Shown one piece after another: positions 25,300 to 38,225 of a stretch of 64,000 nucleotides of DNA. Numbering within the stretch: the first letter of the stretch is position 1; each line of letters opens with the position of its first letter. Below the pieces are notes generated by a model. It did no database searches. It worked only from the letters and a program-made list of their open reading frames with translations, and had not been told where the DNA came from. This DNA comes from Octopus sinensis (taxonomy: Eukaryota). The stretch lies in assembly GCF_006345805.1 (NCBI RefSeq), contig NC_043019.1, forward strand, positions 1,426,001-1,490,000, read 5' to 3'. The translations under genes were made by a program, and so were the position numbers.

Positions 25300-25589
25300 G
25301 ATTTCAATCATTTCCATCATCCTCATCGCCATGATCATCTCCATCATCTCCTTCCTCCTGATCACCATCATCATCATCCTCGTCACCATCAACATCATCA
25401 TTATCGTCATCATCATCTTCATCATCATCAACGTCACCATCATCATCATCATGACCACCATCATAGCTATTATCATCCTCATTATCATCTTCGTCATCAT
25501 CATCCTCATCCTCGTCACCATCAACATCATCATTATCGTCATCATCCTCTTCATCATCAGCCTCACCACCATCAACACCATCATCGTCG

Positions 25590-25646
<57 letters not shown>

Positions 25647-25700
25647 GCATTATCATCATTATCATCTTCCACCTCATCATCATCATCTTCATCATCCTCT
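25300..25700. repeat. Degenerate (CAT)n microsatellite with an internal higher-order repeat of about 130 bp
   Basis: CATCCTCGTCACCATCAACATCATCATTATCGTC occurs near 25375 and 25507; explains the poly-I, poly-M and poly-D ORFs. Confidence 0.95.
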
Positions 25701-26149
25701 TTTCTGATTCTCTAGTCAGAGCCTTTGCAATAATTTTCATTCTATAGAGTTGAATGGGTGTAGTGGTCTTGTAAAATGTTTTTGTGTTTTTTTTATTTTG
25801 ACTGGACACCTTAAATGCCACCCACAGCCTATCTCAGTACTTAAATAGTACTTTATGTTATCGATCCGTGCTGGATGAATGGCAGATATAACCCAAGAAG
25901 AATTAGATTTCGGAAACCAAATAGCAGGAACTTATATTGCAAGGAATTTGTGCGACGCTCAGAGAATTCTACCAAAGGACCAAGCTGTTTGAATACATAA
26001 CCTGGTATGTTCTATAACCTGGTAATAAACTGCTTTTATACATTGAAACTGAAATTTTAATCGTCGCACTTTTAGCTGCAGTAGAAACAGTGTTGCAAAG
26101 GGATTATTAGTGGCCGTGGAGCTAATAGTTTGACCCCCACCCACCCACC

Positions 26150-26318
26150 CCAACCCCACTTGACAACTGGTGCTGGCGTGTTTATGTCCCCGTAACTTAG
26201 TTAGAATAAGTACTAGGCTTACAAAGAATTAGTTCTGGGTTCGATTTGCTCGACTAAAGGCGGTGCTCCAGCATGGCCACAGTAAAATAACTGAAACAAG
26301 TAAAAGAGTAAAAGAGTA
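26150..26318 (+). mobile_element. SINE family A, 3' half
   Basis: TTGACAACTGGTGCTGGCGTGTTTATGTCCCCGTAACTTAG...CTGAAACAAGTAAAAGAGTAAAAGAG. Confidence 0.85.
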
Positions 26319-26870
26319 TCGCTCTGGGTTTTAATTTAATTTGGCGTGATATAGTGAGTCTTTCATTGTGAGGCTTTCCAGTAGTTTTCCAAAATTAAAT
26401 ATTCTCGATTCCTATAAATCAGAAACTTAATCTGTTACACAAGGTCTTAAGTTTAAGAATACAATTAACTTCAGGTACATTATGGGACACCTTGATTGAA
26501 TTATACTGTGATATTTTGCTCTCTCTTTAATAAGGTCTTCTATTTTGATATATTTTTAGTGCTTTAATCTATAATTATGCACACGTAATAATTTACGCTT
26601 ATCTGTAAGATATTTAACACTAACATTCATCGAACATGTTGATATACCTGTTACTGTATTTTGTCATATACACCTGCCTATATATTACTTAATTTGACAA
26701 TTGCCCGCACTTATTAATTGTGAATATATTTCTAGCCTAATCAAAGGAAATGTCATTGAGGAGAGATGAGTATGTAGAAAATGATTAGCCCCAGCAATCC
26801 TATGTTTCAAACCAACTTCGTATTTGTATATGTGCGTGTGTCTGTGTGTGTGTGTGTGTGTGTGTGTATG

Positions 26871-27077
26871 CAAGAGGGTGCTGAAAAGTTCCCGGTTATG
26901 GGTAAAAGGAAATCAGGAACATCAGTTAATTATGATTTTATTCAACATATATGCCCCTCCCAGATTCCCATACATATGCAGCGGTCCTTCACTTTTTCTA
27001 AGCCCTGCGAAAGAACTCGGAAGGTTGGCCCTCCAGCTAGGACTTCGCGACACCCTTACATTTTCAGGACTCTCTTG
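26871..27077. mobile_element. Mariner-derived MITE / internally deleted element, about 207 bp
   Basis: Imperfect TIRs CAAGAGGGTGCTGAAAA and TTTTCAGGACTCTCTTG with TA on the right flank; the left part is the reverse complement of the mariner 3' end seen at 42196-42277. Confidence 0.7.
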
Positions 27078-27082
27078 TATAT

Positions 27083-27115
<33 letters not shown>

Positions 27116-27265
27116 CATATGTATATGTATATGTATGTGTATATATATACGTATATATATATATACATATGTATAATATATATATATAATATATATATGT
27201 ATATATATATATATCTATATATCTCCTATGTATATGTATATGTATGTGTATATATATCTATATAT

Positions 27266-27308
<43 letters not shown>

Positions 27309-27409
27309 AGGTATATGCATATGTATAGCTATATATGATATATTATATATCTATATATATATATAATATATATTATATATATCATATGTATATTTATATG
27401 TATATGTTG

Positions 27410-27452
<43 letters not shown>
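27078..27452. repeat. (TA)n/(TATG)n microsatellite field
   Basis: Seen directly. Similar fields occur at 24180-24290, 28290-28470, 28985-29165, 35540-35745, 38940-39040, 41350-41525, 55370-55525 and 58000-58410. Confidence 0.97.
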
Positions 27453-27453
<1 letters not shown>

Positions 27454-28314
27454 CCAGTAGCTGGTACTGAAAATTTCACATCTTGAAAGCACATAATTCA
27501 AAAAATGCAAACGCAACACAAAATGCTAAAGAAACTTCTAACAACAACCATCAAACCAACGGTTCAAAAATATGGACGACCAAACTGTCAAACAAGCCCC
27601 AAACTACTTATAGACTCTGATTTCCTTTTCAAAAATGGAGAGGGGTTAACAATTATAACCAACTTCACTAATTCATGTCATGTAATAACCTGCTCGGACT
27701 GTGGACATTACGATATGGAACAGACGAGTATGACATTGAGATGAAGAACCACTCTTCATAAAGTGCAGATCCGTTTCCCGTAATACAAATTCCTTTAAGT
27801 GAACAAATAGAGAGATTTGCAGGTAGCATCAAAACAATTTCAGCAGTTTTCCCCTTCCAACACTGGAAAGATACAAATCCTATACAAGACCATTTAAAAA
27901 CACGTCTAAATATGCACGCATAACCAACTTTGATCTCTAGAGACACTTTAACTCTCGATTAAAGTGTACATATTTCTTTCCTCCCCTCTAGTTTGAATGT
28001 TTGTGTATATGTATACCTCCCCTTATATTTGTCTACTTGTTGAATCATTCATTCATAAACTCAACGCATAACATGGACATACATGTTTAAATAAAGAAGT
28101 ACATATTTAAATAAATTTTAATGTCATGATTAGCGAAAGTGGAACCGTTCCAGAAGCACAATATAAAATATTAAAAAAATAATATTAAAACTATAACGAG
28201 TGTATGCATTTTCCTAATCTATTTTCTTATATATATTACAACTTACGACGTGAGGATAATCGAAATTCTTCCCTGTAATGCTACTACTATATATATATGT
28301 ATATATATATTATA

Positions 28315-28354
<40 letters not shown>

Positions 28355-28367
28355 TATACATACATAC

Positions 28368-28444
<77 letters not shown>

Positions 28445-28849
28445 CTTGTTTGTATATATATATATATACGTATATGTGCAATTCAAAAGCATTATGCTGA
28501 ATCCTACGGTAAATTCTATTAATACTAACAAGGTAACATTCAGCTTCACCACCCGCGATCGAAAAAACATTACATTACTAATGAGCATTAAATTCCATGC
28601 TAAATTGGCCTGCCAATCTAATGTCCGCGCTTGCAGTGGCACGTTTGTTAATAAATATATGTTACAATTTGGGTAAACATTTTTTGATTGTTATTTCTGG
28701 TGACGGTGAATTTTATATATCACCACTACTTTATTATTTTCCCTTCTTCCTAGCTCTCCTGTCTGACCACCTCTGTCCGGCAATCGCCATGATTAATTGC
28801 CTACCACTAGACCTTTTTTTAATATCTATCTCTGATTATTTCTGTGTTC

Positions 28850-28885
28850 CTTTCTGTTGAAGAGCGTAAGTTCGAAACGTAAAAG
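28850..28885 (+). ncRNA. Minimal type-I hammerhead-like motif (A6U core) in a putative PLE-tail repeat (about 28690-28980)
   Basis: CTTT-CTGTTGA-A-GAGC(GTAA)GTTC-GAAA-CGTA-AAAG: stem I CTTT/AAAG, GNRA-capped stem II, GUA cleavage triplet; downstream flank resembles that of 22509. Confidence 0.55.
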
Positions 28886-30838
28886 ACTTTCTCACTTCCC
28901 AGCATGAAACTAATACATTTGTTTGTTGTTTACATACCCGTCTTCGTCTTTTGTTTTGCTTGCTTTTTTTTTAAATTCCAACTATATATGTATGTGTGTG
29001 TATGTATATTTATGTATATATCTATGAATATGTTTATATGCATATATATATATATGAATACATGTGCATGCGTATATACATATACGTACATACATATAAA
29101 TACATACATATATACATATACATAGACATATATGTATATATATATATATATATGTATACGGATGTGTATGTTTGTGTATCGAATCATATATTACAGAAAT
29201 TCCAACTTTCGCCACTAATATAATATAAGATAATTTAATATAATGAAATGATAGAATATTAAATGTCTCTTATGATTGAACATGTACTTTTATGCATTAA
29301 ACTGTGCAATCTTCAAGTTCATGCAATAGTGTTGACGTTTCACAATTTACAACTGTTGAGATATGGCTAAGGAAATTAAGCAAGGTCATTTGACCGGTAG
29401 ATTCCAATACGACTAGTTCGACCCAGTCATAGAGATTTGCAAATGTATTATTGTCATTTGAAAACAGGACAATGCAGAGAGAAGGTGGGGATAATCAATT
29501 GTGCTAAAGAGGGAGAAAAAAGTAGGCTTAAAGTGAAGGGTAGCATTACAGTTGGAATTCAAAGCAGAATGGGGAATAATTGTAGCAAATACTACATGCT
29601 AGATATTAAGGAATGTTTACTATTGTGTACGAGCGAGCGTGTTTACTGTATGAAAGTTTATAGATGCATGTGGGCGTATGTACTTGTAAATTTCAAAGAG
29701 TCGAGAGCAGGTAAAATAAGACAAAAATGTTATAAACGGTAAGGAATAAATATATATATATATATATATATATAAGATCAAGGAAGGATAAAAATTGCTA
29801 TTGCAATATCAATAGAAAAACTACAGATAATAAGCAAGCTGCAAATAACACAATAAACGAAAATACAACATAAAACAACTCCACAGCAATAACACCAGAT
29901 ACAGGCGAAGAAAATATTATGATCAACTAAAAGACAAAAGCAACAAAATATATGACGTTATACATCGACTCTGTTATTATACACAAAAACTATACCTCAC
30001 CCACTAATAACATACCAACACGAAAAGCACAGTTTTCAAGCAACAAAAGAAACACACGAACTACAAAAATCAAAATACGCCGAAAGAATATGTGGTTTTC
30101 TAAAAGACGATCAACAAAACACAATAGAATATCATATTTGAAAACCACTCATACACCCACTATTGGTATGTGTATGTGCGTTCGTGTGTGTGTATGTGTC
30201 TGTGCATGTCTGTATTTGAGCAAAGATAGATGTAACGCAGAGTAAATGATTTTAGTGCTGCTGGGTGTATTAAAGGTTATTGAACACATCGTTTTGTTGT
30301 ATCTAGAGAAAAGGGCTTTTAGCGTTTTCTTTTGAATATCACAGGATTGATTTAGATCTTATTGAATGAGGGATTTACGGAAATAGGAAAAGAGTATAAT
30401 TATATTGTCAGATTGGCATTTTTGAATATGTCCTCTTTTGTTTGGGTTTGATATATTTGGGTTTTCGTTTCAAAACTACTTTGTCATGAATTCCAGTATA
30501 TCTAGGTTAATTTGACGTCAGGTGCAGCCAAGACATTTCTTTGTTTCCTCACACGTTTTAGAATATGATGGGTACACAGATAATCACTTACACACACACA
30601 CACATTCTCTGACACATACACGCACTTACACGCACACACAGACACACAAATGTATGTATGATTTTTCTTTAAGTTTATTTAAATTCTTCTTGAGAGTGTT
30701 CAAGCCCATCACTAGCAAAGCGACAACACTTTATTACTTAGAAGAGTTCCAGGTGTTTGTAAATGAATAGTCGAAATGGTGTGTTGGTTGAAATGTTGAT
30801 GCATACACCCAAGTGTGTTCATCTATTCACATAAAAGT

Positions 30839-31062
30839 CACATAAGGAATCCACTTATAGCGATTCTACACACTCAGACCTTGTGAGTTCTTCTTGACTC
30901 GCTAAAAGAAGATTAGAAACCAATTGGTCCAGGAAATTAGACAGTAAATGTTTTTTAATTTCCAAATTTATTCCTGTCGAATTTTATCCCCAATTTTTGT
31001 GGTTATAGAACCTAGCTGTTCTTTCTAGCGTGTAGAATCCCTATAAGTGGATTCCTTATGTG
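30839..31062. mobile_element. MITE-like element with 33-bp TIRs (CAC...GTG ends)
   Basis: CACATAAGGAATCCACTTATAGCGATTCTACAC (30839-30871) versus GTGTAGAATCCCTATAAGTGGATTCCTTATGTG (31030-31062), one mismatch; no TSD seen. Confidence 0.75.
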
Positions 31063-31617
31063 TTTAAATATACATTATACAGTATGACTAATATATAGCC
31101 CATTTGACTAAAATTTTTACACGTTAGACCAGTGGAAATGTAAATTTTACTTGAATGTTTTAAGTTTTAATTAAATTCCATTTCCCTTTGATATGATTAA
31201 ACACATAAAATTCACAGATAGAAGGTTTTTGTAATGGCTTACAAATCTTCACTCTGCCATTAATAAATTGGAGGTGGAGAATCCGGGTAGATTTTATGCA
31301 AATTTATTAAAATTATTTAAGGGTTTGGTAGTTGTAATCCAGCGTCCATTTTAGTATAATTGTTTCCTTGTGTATACATTGGCATGTGTGGGCAGAGTCG
31401 TCTGTAAGTGGGTGGACAAGCTGAGAAAAGTTGGTATGTCAAGAAACAAGCTTTCGGGAGTATGCATGTTTGTGAGGGTTGTGAAGGTGTAGCGTGGCGG
31501 ATGTATGACTGAAACATGGTTAACAGGGGAGTGTCTATACCTTAGTTGAATGCATAGGACCAGTGTAGGAGAGGGAATAACAGACATGGTGTTGGGGACA
31601 TAGTTACGAGGGGCATA

Positions 31618-31853
31618 TATATTTCTGTATTGCCCACAAGAGGCTAAACACAGAGGGGACAAACAATGACTGGCAAAGGGGGTTAAGTCGATTACATCGA
31701 CCCCAGTGCGAAACTGGTACTTTATTTATCGACTCCGAAAGGATGAAAGGCAAAGTCGACCTCGGTGGAGTTTGAACTCGGAACGTAACGACAGACGAAA
31801 TACGGCCACGCATTTCGCCCGGCGTGCTAACGTTTCTGCCAGCTCGCCGCCTT
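31618..31853 (-). mobile_element. SINE family B, monomeric
   Basis: Full head CAGCTCGCCGCCTT plus one body unit. Confidence 0.88.
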
Positions 31854-32027
31854 TACGCCTTACGAGGGACATGTAATCATTCAAGAGCGACTGCAATATC
31901 TTCACGGTCGGTTTTAGTACAGATTCTGTATACCAAAGCACTGTAGAAGGAACTATCATCAGGCGATGAGGCAGAAATGAATGAACACAAATACTTGAGG
32001 CTGCTTCGTGTATCTTTTAGCCACACA

Positions 32028-32080
32028 ATGCACCTTATGAAGTATATTTGGTTGTTACTCCTAGCATTAAGTGAGAACAG
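32028..32080 (+). CDS. Candidate first coding exon with a signal-peptide-like sequence
   Basis: MHLMKYIWLLLLALSEN followed by a strong donor AACAG|GTAAGC at 32080/32081; no downstream exon identified. Confidence 0.25.
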
Positions 32081-33439
32081 GTAAGCGCACACCCATTCGC
32101 TGTCTATTTTTTTTACGACTATAAAAATGAATAGTGATGTAAAACAGATACCCTGTAAGATATAATATATTCTGTGACATTGCAGCAAATGAATAATTTG
32201 GCAAATCATAAAACGTATATCGTTAGACATGTAATGTAATAAAACGTGTTGGGTTATTCATCCTTCGGACATCATTATATATTAGCTTTGCCGGTGTTAC
32301 TTTTTGAAATCATATCAGTTCAGAACGCTAATAATAGTCTGCCATCGCTGTTCAGCAGTTTCATTATATAAGATAGGTAGAACCATTTACAAATTGGTTA
32401 CTGCATTCGGCCATAGGGATTTCTTGCTAATTATCATGACAGAAATAGATAAATTTCAATTTGTGGCATATGTACATCCTAAGGTTAACATCGCATTAAC
32501 ACAGGCCAATGAAGTTAATTCTACGGTGTGGTTGGACTGCTAAAAAAACCTAGCTGCCAATTACCTGTCACAGCACATTAGCTTCTTTGAAAAACAGGTG
32601 GAGCACGCGGGAAAATGTAATTCTAGTACACTGTTTGAAAATAGAACTGGACGTTTCTAAATGGAATGTTTGATCAAAAAGGTGTCTTGAATTTATAAGG
32701 ATTTTTTAAAGGCAAGAACAATATACGGCCATTATAACAGGCGCTTAATACGAATATTAAAGTATATCAGTCTATTCTACTTATCATTTGATTCGGCACA
32801 TCCTACTTCGTATATTCATATGTTTTTCGAGGGGCAGGTGTTGTTATGACTTCCCCACTCTGTCTTTGAAAGGCTTTGTTGTAGAAGGATTCCGATGTGA
32901 CTAAAGTTGGACTGCATCATTGATATTGAACAAAGAACTGAGCGGTTGGCAGTTCGGGTTGGTAAGCAATTCACTGTGAGACGTGATTGAGGGCGTTATG
33001 TCTCGTGTAATATTGATAGTAGTGCATCACTTAAATGGTTTATTTCCCCTTCATTCGTTTTATTATATAACCAACATACAAGGATATAAAAGTACTTATA
33101 ATTTGTTCGAAACTTGCGCTAAACATTAAAGATACACTCTTTTGTACGAAACCAAAGAAAAAATCATTTAACATAGAGAACTTATTGACCTCCGTACTGC
33201 AGTTGCAACAAGAACAGCAGCAACAGAAACGACAGCAGCAGCAACAGCAGTTACAGCAATAATTACAGCAGCAGCAGCAGCAGCAACTACAACAGCAATA
33301 GCAACAAAGCCATCATTTGCTGGAATTAATGATGAAGAAGTCTGAAAATTCTTCAGGTTCGTATTCCCCAAAAAGCGTAGCAAACTCAATTGAAGAATGG
33401 ATGGAATTATTTAACTTGTTAGACCTCTCCATAAATCGT

Positions 33440-34070
33440 TTCTGTAAAAATCTGAATGGTTTGTCCGTCAGTACAAATAAGCCATCGGACGAACTGAAAA
33501 AATATGTTTTAAGACTTTCCCTGAAGTTCTGTCGGATGAATTTGGTCTGTGCACCAAGACAAAGACGCGATTTCAAATATAAGAAGACGCCACACAAGGA
33601 TTTAAACAAAAATTCAGCTGAACTGTTTGAAGCGATAGATCAGATAAACTTAGAGTTAGAGAGATTAGAAAAAATTGGACTTATCCAACGAGTGGAATAT
33701 AGTCAAAGGGCAGCATCAACTGTGTACGTTAAGAAAAAGAATAATAAAATGAGAGTGTGCTGATGTTTCACTGGTTTAAACGAATGTCTTAAAACATGCC
33801 ACCAACCGTTACCTGCTCCGGAGGATATATTTGTGAATTAAAGTGTGGCAAGATATTTTCTAAATTGGATCTCTCTGACACATACCTACAAATTGGAGTA
33901 GACGATGAATGCTCTAAATACCTAACAATTAATACACATAAAGTATTGTATAAATACATGTTACCATTTGGATTAAATGTCGCACCTGTGATTTTTCAAT
34001 AGATTATGCAATGTTAGTGAAAATTGGATTCGCAATTCATATCTGTATGATATACTCATTAACCCTCGGT
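33440..34070 (+). mobile_element. Decayed Ty3/Gypsy pol fragment (RT N-half)
   Basis: FPEVLSDEFGLCTKTK, ELERLEKIGLIQRVEYSQ.A, KKKNNKMRVC, KIFSKLDLSDTYLQI..D and LPFGL.VAP.IFQ, with frameshifts; no LTRs found. Confidence 0.85.
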
Positions 34071-34427
34071 CTTCCAGAGGAAATGTATGCCATTACCTAC
34101 AAACTGGGTCTAATAAACCCAATACTTTTGTTTTAATTAAATTTTATTCAGTGAACCACTATTTCTTAACTAGATTATATATGCTACCTGGTGAATGAAA
34201 AATTACAGTTTCCCACAAATTTTAATTATATGATGCTTAGCGGCATTTTAACCGTCTTTTACATTCTGTGATATAATTCCACCGAAGTCGACTTTACCTT
34301 TCATCCTTTCGAAGTCAATAAAAGAAATAGCAGTTGGACTCTAGGGTCGATGTAGTCGACTTAAAACTTCCTTACAATTGTTTGCCTTCTGCCAGAATTT
34401 GAAGCGAATATTATTATTGTTGTTGTT

Positions 34428-34640
34428 AAGGCGGCGAGCTGGCAAAATCGTTCACACGCCGGTCAAAATGCTTAGCTGCATTTCGTCTATCTTCACGTTC
34501 TGAATTCAAATTCCGGGGAGGTCGACTTTGCTTTTCATCCTTTCGGGATCGATAAGATAAATATCGGTTTAATACTGGGGCCGGTATAACCGATTTATCC
34601 CCTGTCCAAAACTTGCCCCCTCTTGTGCCGAAAATTGAAA
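34428..34640 (+). mobile_element. SINE family B (a further partial copy at about 34240-34345)
   Basis: AAGGCGGCGAGCTGGCAAAATCGTT...TGAATTCAAATTCC..GAGGTCGACTTTGC. Confidence 0.82.
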
Positions 34641-35045
34641 ATCAATATTAATATTGCTGCTATTTAGCAGAATATTCCCCTTCATCGAGCAGACTTATGA
34701 TCAAAAGCACTTCAACCGTGGCCATCCCACTTTCTTCCACAGTACATCAAAGACTCCATCATTCGATATGTACATTTGTAAAGGTAGTGTAATATAAGTT
34801 TGGGAGATGTTTTAACCGCTGCTATTAGTGGGTCAGGGGATCACGTAGAGCATGCATTAGCGGAATGTTTACGTGATCATTTGAAGAAGAGTTCAACTTA
34901 ACTCGGATCCAATCAAATGCATTCCAAATGAAATTAAACTTTAATTCTGAGCTGTCATCAATGTGAAATTCGCTGTGTGTTTGAATGCAGTCACAAGGCT
35001 AAACAAATGCCGGAAAGTAGTCAATCACTGATATTGCCCCAGTAC

Positions 35046-35071
35046 CTGAAAGAGCCTCTTGTTACTGTCAT
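35046..35071 (-). CDS. Candidate 26-nt micro-exon beginning with ATG
   Basis: Pyrimidine tract CTTTCACTTTCATCTTTACAG|ATGACAGTAACAAGAGGCTCTTTCAG|GTACTG (MTVTRGSF..). Confidence 0.2.
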
Positions 35072-35359
35072 CTGTAAAGATGAAAGTGAAAGTCGATTGC
35101 AATTGAAATGAGAAAGCGGAGATATTGGCAAAGCACATGTTCAAAATTTCAATTTCCAAGTATATGAGGCATACGGAATCTGTAGCGTGCGGACAGGTAA
35201 ATACGTAACAACAAAAGCAACGAGACAAAACTGAAGTTTACCCATTCATTCAATCACTCACTCTCTCATACACAGAACGAGCAACACATGCATACACTGT
35301 CGCGCACGGTCGGACAAGACTGCCCCAAATATATTTCCTTTCACGTTACTCAAGCCTGC

Positions 35360-35450
35360 TCAAATGCAAATCGGAGAACGTGCGATATACTTCCGTTTAA
35401 TTTCAGTAATAATGTTGGCTTGATCATCAAGTCAGAGAGGTGACGTCATT
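35360..35450. promoter_or_regulatory. Promoter-like motif cluster (octamer, ETS, CRE) in a CpG-retaining segment
   Basis: ATGCAAAT at 35364-35371, ACTTCCG at 35389-35395 and TGACGTCA at 35441-35448. Confidence 0.3.
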
Positions 35451-35618
35451 CGAAAGCTACAATCATGCGAAGCTAGTTCTGACTAGAATATACATAACCA
35501 CAAACGATAGTATGGCTGATACCATGATATACAAACAAACATACACACACATATGTAAATATATGTATATATATGTATATGTATGTGTATATATATGTAT
35601 ATATATATATATATATAG

Positions 35619-35671
<53 letters not shown>

Positions 35672-35678
35672 ATATATA

Positions 35679-35742
<64 letters not shown>

Positions 35743-35907
35743 CATAAACGTATACATATGGGGTGAAAGGGGATACCCCATAAAAAATGAAATGGTGAAC
35801 AGTTTCTTATCTAAGATATATCAATGCTTACATATGTGTTACTGCGTTTTGTTACATTTTCGTTCTAAACATAGCATTTTTCATATGGGCATATTATCGA
35901 TGACATA

Positions 35908-37071
35908 TTTATTTCTTTATTACCCACAAGGGGCTAAACACAGAGGGGACAAACAAGGACAGACAAACGACCCCAGTGCTCTTATCAGTGATTCTCTCTC
36001 CAATGCCCAGTCTCTTTTACAATCTCTTGAACAAGCCTCAAATTGTGTAGGTCTTTACCTCAATGAGGCTAAGACTGAATACATAAACAAGTGCCTGTCC
36101 AACAGTGATTGCATCATCTATACTCTCAACAATGCGCACTTAAATATGGTTTCTGATTACAAAAATCTTGGGTCATACATATCATCATCTGGAAAAGACT
36201 TTCTAACTAGAAAGGGTATGGCCTGGTCAGCCTGTAATGACATGCATAAGATTTGGTCATCAAAACTAAGTAGAGACTTCAAACTTGAAATCTTCAAAGC
36301 CACAGTCGAACCAACTCTACTATATCGCTCAGAAACCTGGACATTATCAAAGAAGCTTGAGAGGCGGTTGGATGGAACCTACACTCGCCTCCTTATGAGA
36401 GCTCAAAATCTCTCGTGGAAGCGTCATCCAACCAAAATGCAAATATATGGGAAACTACCACTGTGTCATCTCTTGTGAAAGGTAAGAGAGTCCAGTTTGC
36501 TGGACATTGTTGTAGAGCTGAAAAAGAGGTAATTTCTTCTCTTCTCCTCTGGAAGCCATCTACTCGCAATACCAGAGGGCGCACACTCTCCTACCCTGAT
36601 GTAATCTCAGGGATACAGGCATCCAGCAACAGGACCTCCATAATGCCATGATGGACCGTGAAGTCTGGCGTATCATGGTAAATTCCATTGTCTCGGCCAC
36701 GGTCGAACAATGATGAATGATGAGTGCGTAACTGGTACTTATTTAATCGCCTCCGAAAGGATGAAAGGCAAAGTCGACCTCGGCAGAATTTGAAATCAGA
36801 ACTTCACGGCAGGTGAAATATGAGATAGACGAAATACCTATTTCTTTACTACCCTCAAGGGGCTAAACACAGAGGGGACAAACAAGGACAAACAAACGGA
36901 TTGAGTCGATTACATCGACACCAGTGCGTAACAGGTACTTATTTATTCGACCCCGAAAGGATGAAAGGCAAAGTCGACCTCGGCGGAATTTGAACACAGA
37001 ACGTAGCGGCAGACGAAATACTGCTAAGCATTTCGCCCGGCGTGCTTACGTTTCTGCCTGCTCGCCGCCTT
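35908..37071 (-). mobile_element. Multimeric SINE family B interrupted by an RTE-like LINE
   Basis: SINE sequence ...GACCCCAGTGC (35979) resumes as AGTGCGTAACTGGTAC (36723). Confidence 0.85.
35980..36722 (+). mobile_element. 5'-truncated RTE-like LINE (RT C-terminus and thumb) with short 3' (TGA)-rich tail
   Basis: AQSLLQSLEQASNCVGLYLNEAKTE, LGSYI, FKATVEPTLLY.SETWTLSKKLERRLDGTYTRLL, QFAGHC.R, DREVWR..V; tail TGATGAATGATG; AGTGC on both flanks. Confidence 0.88.
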
Positions 37072-37376
37072 ATTATCGATGACATATTATTAACTTAAAA
37101 TTCACATCGGTTCCAATTATAACGGTTAACGATCGTGGGTTTCATTCTCCTCATATCTCATGTCAATGATATAATCCGCCTGCACGAATTTGTCTTCGTG
37201 CCAGAATTTCTATATGATTTACATTTAACGTATTCATTGTATCGGGGAGTATTACATCAATACATTGTATTTGTCAGCTGAGCAGTAAGGAAACGGACTT
37301 GCTTCATTTACGCAGCAAATCAGTGTCAACTTGACTCCGTGCATAATTAATTGTAATATACGGCAATCGATATATA

Positions 37377-37424
<48 letters not shown>

Positions 37425-37849
37425 GAATTATATGAATGAATTATCCTTTGTTTACTGATATATATATATACATATATATAATTATTATTATAATTATTAT
37501 TATTATTATTATTATTATTGGTGTTGTTGTTGTTGTTGCTGTTCTCGTCTTCTTTTTCTTTTTCTTCTTCATCATCTTGCAATCAGCACTCACGCCATTG
37601 GCCACAAAGAATAATCTCTAATTCGAGCCTACTCTAAGCTACTAAGAATGTGTGTGGCAACTTGAAGATCCACTCACCAAACGCGATAGACTGGCGGTTG
37701 CACGGGCGCGAAAGCTATGTTGTTATCCTCATTCCGTAAACGGTGGCTTCCAACGGGTGGAGAGCAATACCATCCTGGGGTACAGAGGATTCGCAATCTA
37801 GACTAGAGTCTGAAAGTTTACAACACCATAGTAGGTTACACCATGGTTG

Positions 37850-37985
37850 CTCTGCTTTGTGGCAGAAGTAGGAAGAAAGAGGGAGAGAAAGTTTTGGTGA
37901 AAGAGTAAAGAGGGTTTCACCCCAGCCCCGCCGGAGCTTCGTGGAGTATAGCGAGTCCGCTGCCCTAACCACTGGGCCATTGTGC
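37850..37985 (-). mobile_element. Internally deleted SINE family C fragment
   Basis: GAGAGAAAGTTTTGGTGAAAGAGT...GGAGCTTCGTGGAG...GCGAGTCCGCTGCCCTAACCACTGGGCCATTG. Confidence 0.75.
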
Positions 37986-38021
37986 CGCCACTGCTGTTGT
38001 TGTTGTTGATACTAAGGGGGT

Positions 38022-38225
38022 GAGGAGACAGAATCGTTAACGCGCCCAGCAAAGGTCTAATCTGCATTTCGTCCGTCTTCTCGTTCTGAGCTCCAATTCT
38101 TCCAAGGTCAGCATTGCCTTTCATCTTTCCGGGTTCCCTAAAACAAGGACTAGTCAAGCATTGGGTTCGATGTAATCAACGAGCTTCCCACCAAATTTCA
38201 GGTCTTGTTCCTCTAGTAGAAAGGA
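38022..38225 (+). mobile_element. Old SINE family B copy
   Basis: CAGAATCGTTAACGCGCC...GCATTTCGTCCGTCTTCTCGTTCTGAGCTCCAATTC...TTGCCTTTCATCTTTCC. Confidence 0.7.

Noticed and set aside
33440-34070. Gypsy fragment as an intact or active element
   Set aside because: Multiple frameshifts and stops, truncation around the catalytic motif, and no LTRs, gag or integrase.
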